Shown here: positions 63,302-64,000 of the stretch, piece by piece
How positions within the stretch are numbered: position 1 is the first letter of the stretch
How the letters are laid out: every line of letters starts with the position of its first letter
Program-made: the position numbers and the translations under genes
Notes under the pieces: model-generated
Told to the model about the DNA's origin: nothing
The model's database searches: none
What the model saw: only the letters and a program-made list of their open reading frames with translations
Origin: a virus
Lineage: Duplodnaviria; Caudoviricetes
Length of the DNA stretch: 64,000 bases
IMG/VR virus record: IMGVR_UViG_3300044719_000048
Location: 32,001 to 96,000 of that record
Reading direction: 5' to 3' (one strand)

Positions 63302-64000
63302 ACACGAACTCCTCTAATAGACGACGATGCTTCAACGAGACGTACTGCGGTATGTGCATGGAGGTCCGAACCAGTCCTTCGGGGTCCACCTGTTGGCTGA
63401 TGTACGCAACGTGCTGCCACATCTCAGCTGACTGGTCAGGCATAACCATACCAAGCAGGTCATGCACTGCGTCACCGTGCTCTTCGATAAGGCCTTCGTA
63501 CGACGAGTCCTGATGGCCTTCTGCCAGTTTGGCTACTTCCGACTTGGCCGACTTGAACCAAGATTGCATGAATGTCGTGATGACTCCGTGCCGTGAGTCG
63601 CAGCGGTCGATGGCTCGGGAGACAACCAACAGGTAGATCTGCACCACGTCGTCCAGCTTCACCACGTAGTTGTAGTCCCGGTAGGTGGCTTGAGCCTGCA
63701 AGAGGGCCATGCGCGTGTACTTCTCGACGATCTGCTCTTTCCACTTACGGGCCTTCGCCGACCAGTACTCGACCTCCATGATCGCGGCGTAGAGTTCACC
63801 GCCTTCGCGCATGCCTATTGCGCGCTCTATCTGCCAGCACAGGCTTCGGGTGCGGACAGTCAGCAGGGCGCTCTCGTGCATTTTCCTGTAGTCCTTGAGG
63901 CGGTTGAGGAAGAACGAGATGAAGCCAAACAGCAGACCGCGGTTGATGTGCATGTCCTTGGCGAGGTCCACCAGCTTGGTATCTTCGGCACGTAGACAGT
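63285..64000 (-). CDS. Phage RNA polymerase sigma-like factor (5'-truncated)
   Basis: Region-2-like IVEKYTRMA..LDDVVQIYLLVVSRAIDRCDSRHGVITTFMQSWFK; frame open to the window edge. Confidence 0.65.
   Translation of the reverse strand, partial: CLRAEDTKLVDLAKDMHINRGLLFGFISFFLNRLKDYRKMHESALLTVRTRSLCWQIERAIGMREGGELYAAIMEVEYWSAKARKWKEQIVEKYTRMALLQAQATYRDYNYVVKLDDVVQIYLLVVSRAIDRCDSRHGVITTFMQSWFKSAKSEVAKLAEGHQDSSYEGLIEEHGDAVHDLLGMVMPDQSAEMWQHVAYISQQVDPEGLVRTSMHIPQYVSLKHRRLLEEFVCEDPA

Noticed and set aside
1-64000. Stop-codon reassignment, tRNA genes or rRNA genes
   Set aside because: Core genes are full length in the standard code and all three stop codons are used; no tRNA cloverleaf with a T-loop motif was seen in the short intergenic gaps (by eye only).

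Overview
This window is a 64-kb segment of a large, GC-rich (judged by eye), lytic-type dsDNA bacteriophage with a contractile tail, probably a jumbo myovirus of a Proteobacterial host. I see no cellular housekeeping genes, integrase, rRNA, tRNA or CRISPR array. Layout: (i) 1-6.6 kb, + strand: tail sheath, tail tube, a free-standing repeat-containing PD-(D/E)XK endonuclease and small putative head proteins. (ii) 6.6-8.6 kb, - strand: an island of small orphan genes behind a sigma70-type promoter. (iii) 8.8-23.4 kb, - strand: replication/recombination genes (DnaB-like helicase, SF2 helicase, beta-clamp, DNA methyltransferase, SbcC/Rad50, DnaX-like clamp loader, Cas4-like nuclease). (iv) 23.5-36.3 kb, mostly + strand: two tail-fibre cassettes, a 5'-3' exonuclease on the - strand, and a holin/GH19 lysis cassette. 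(v) 36.3-64 kb, - strand: baseplate, tail lysin, tape measure and chaperone, then portal, RuvC, terminase, RecA-like protein, an SSB-like protein with a huge charged tail, and a phage sigma-like factor. The leads that go beyond routine annotation are: a shared N-terminal 'I-x-A-[AS]-x-R-L' / 'V-x-A' leader on unrelated small proteins (candidate capsid-targeting and processing signal); two phage promoter motifs (AATTTCAT on structural genes, AGTAAATA on replication genes); three structured intergenic RNAs, one with a terminator, pseudoknot and alternative pairing; a -1 slippery site joining the gp26-like and gp51-like chaperone ORFs; and a stand-alone fragment resembling a major capsid protein. 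All functional calls come from motif recognition by eye; no searches were run.
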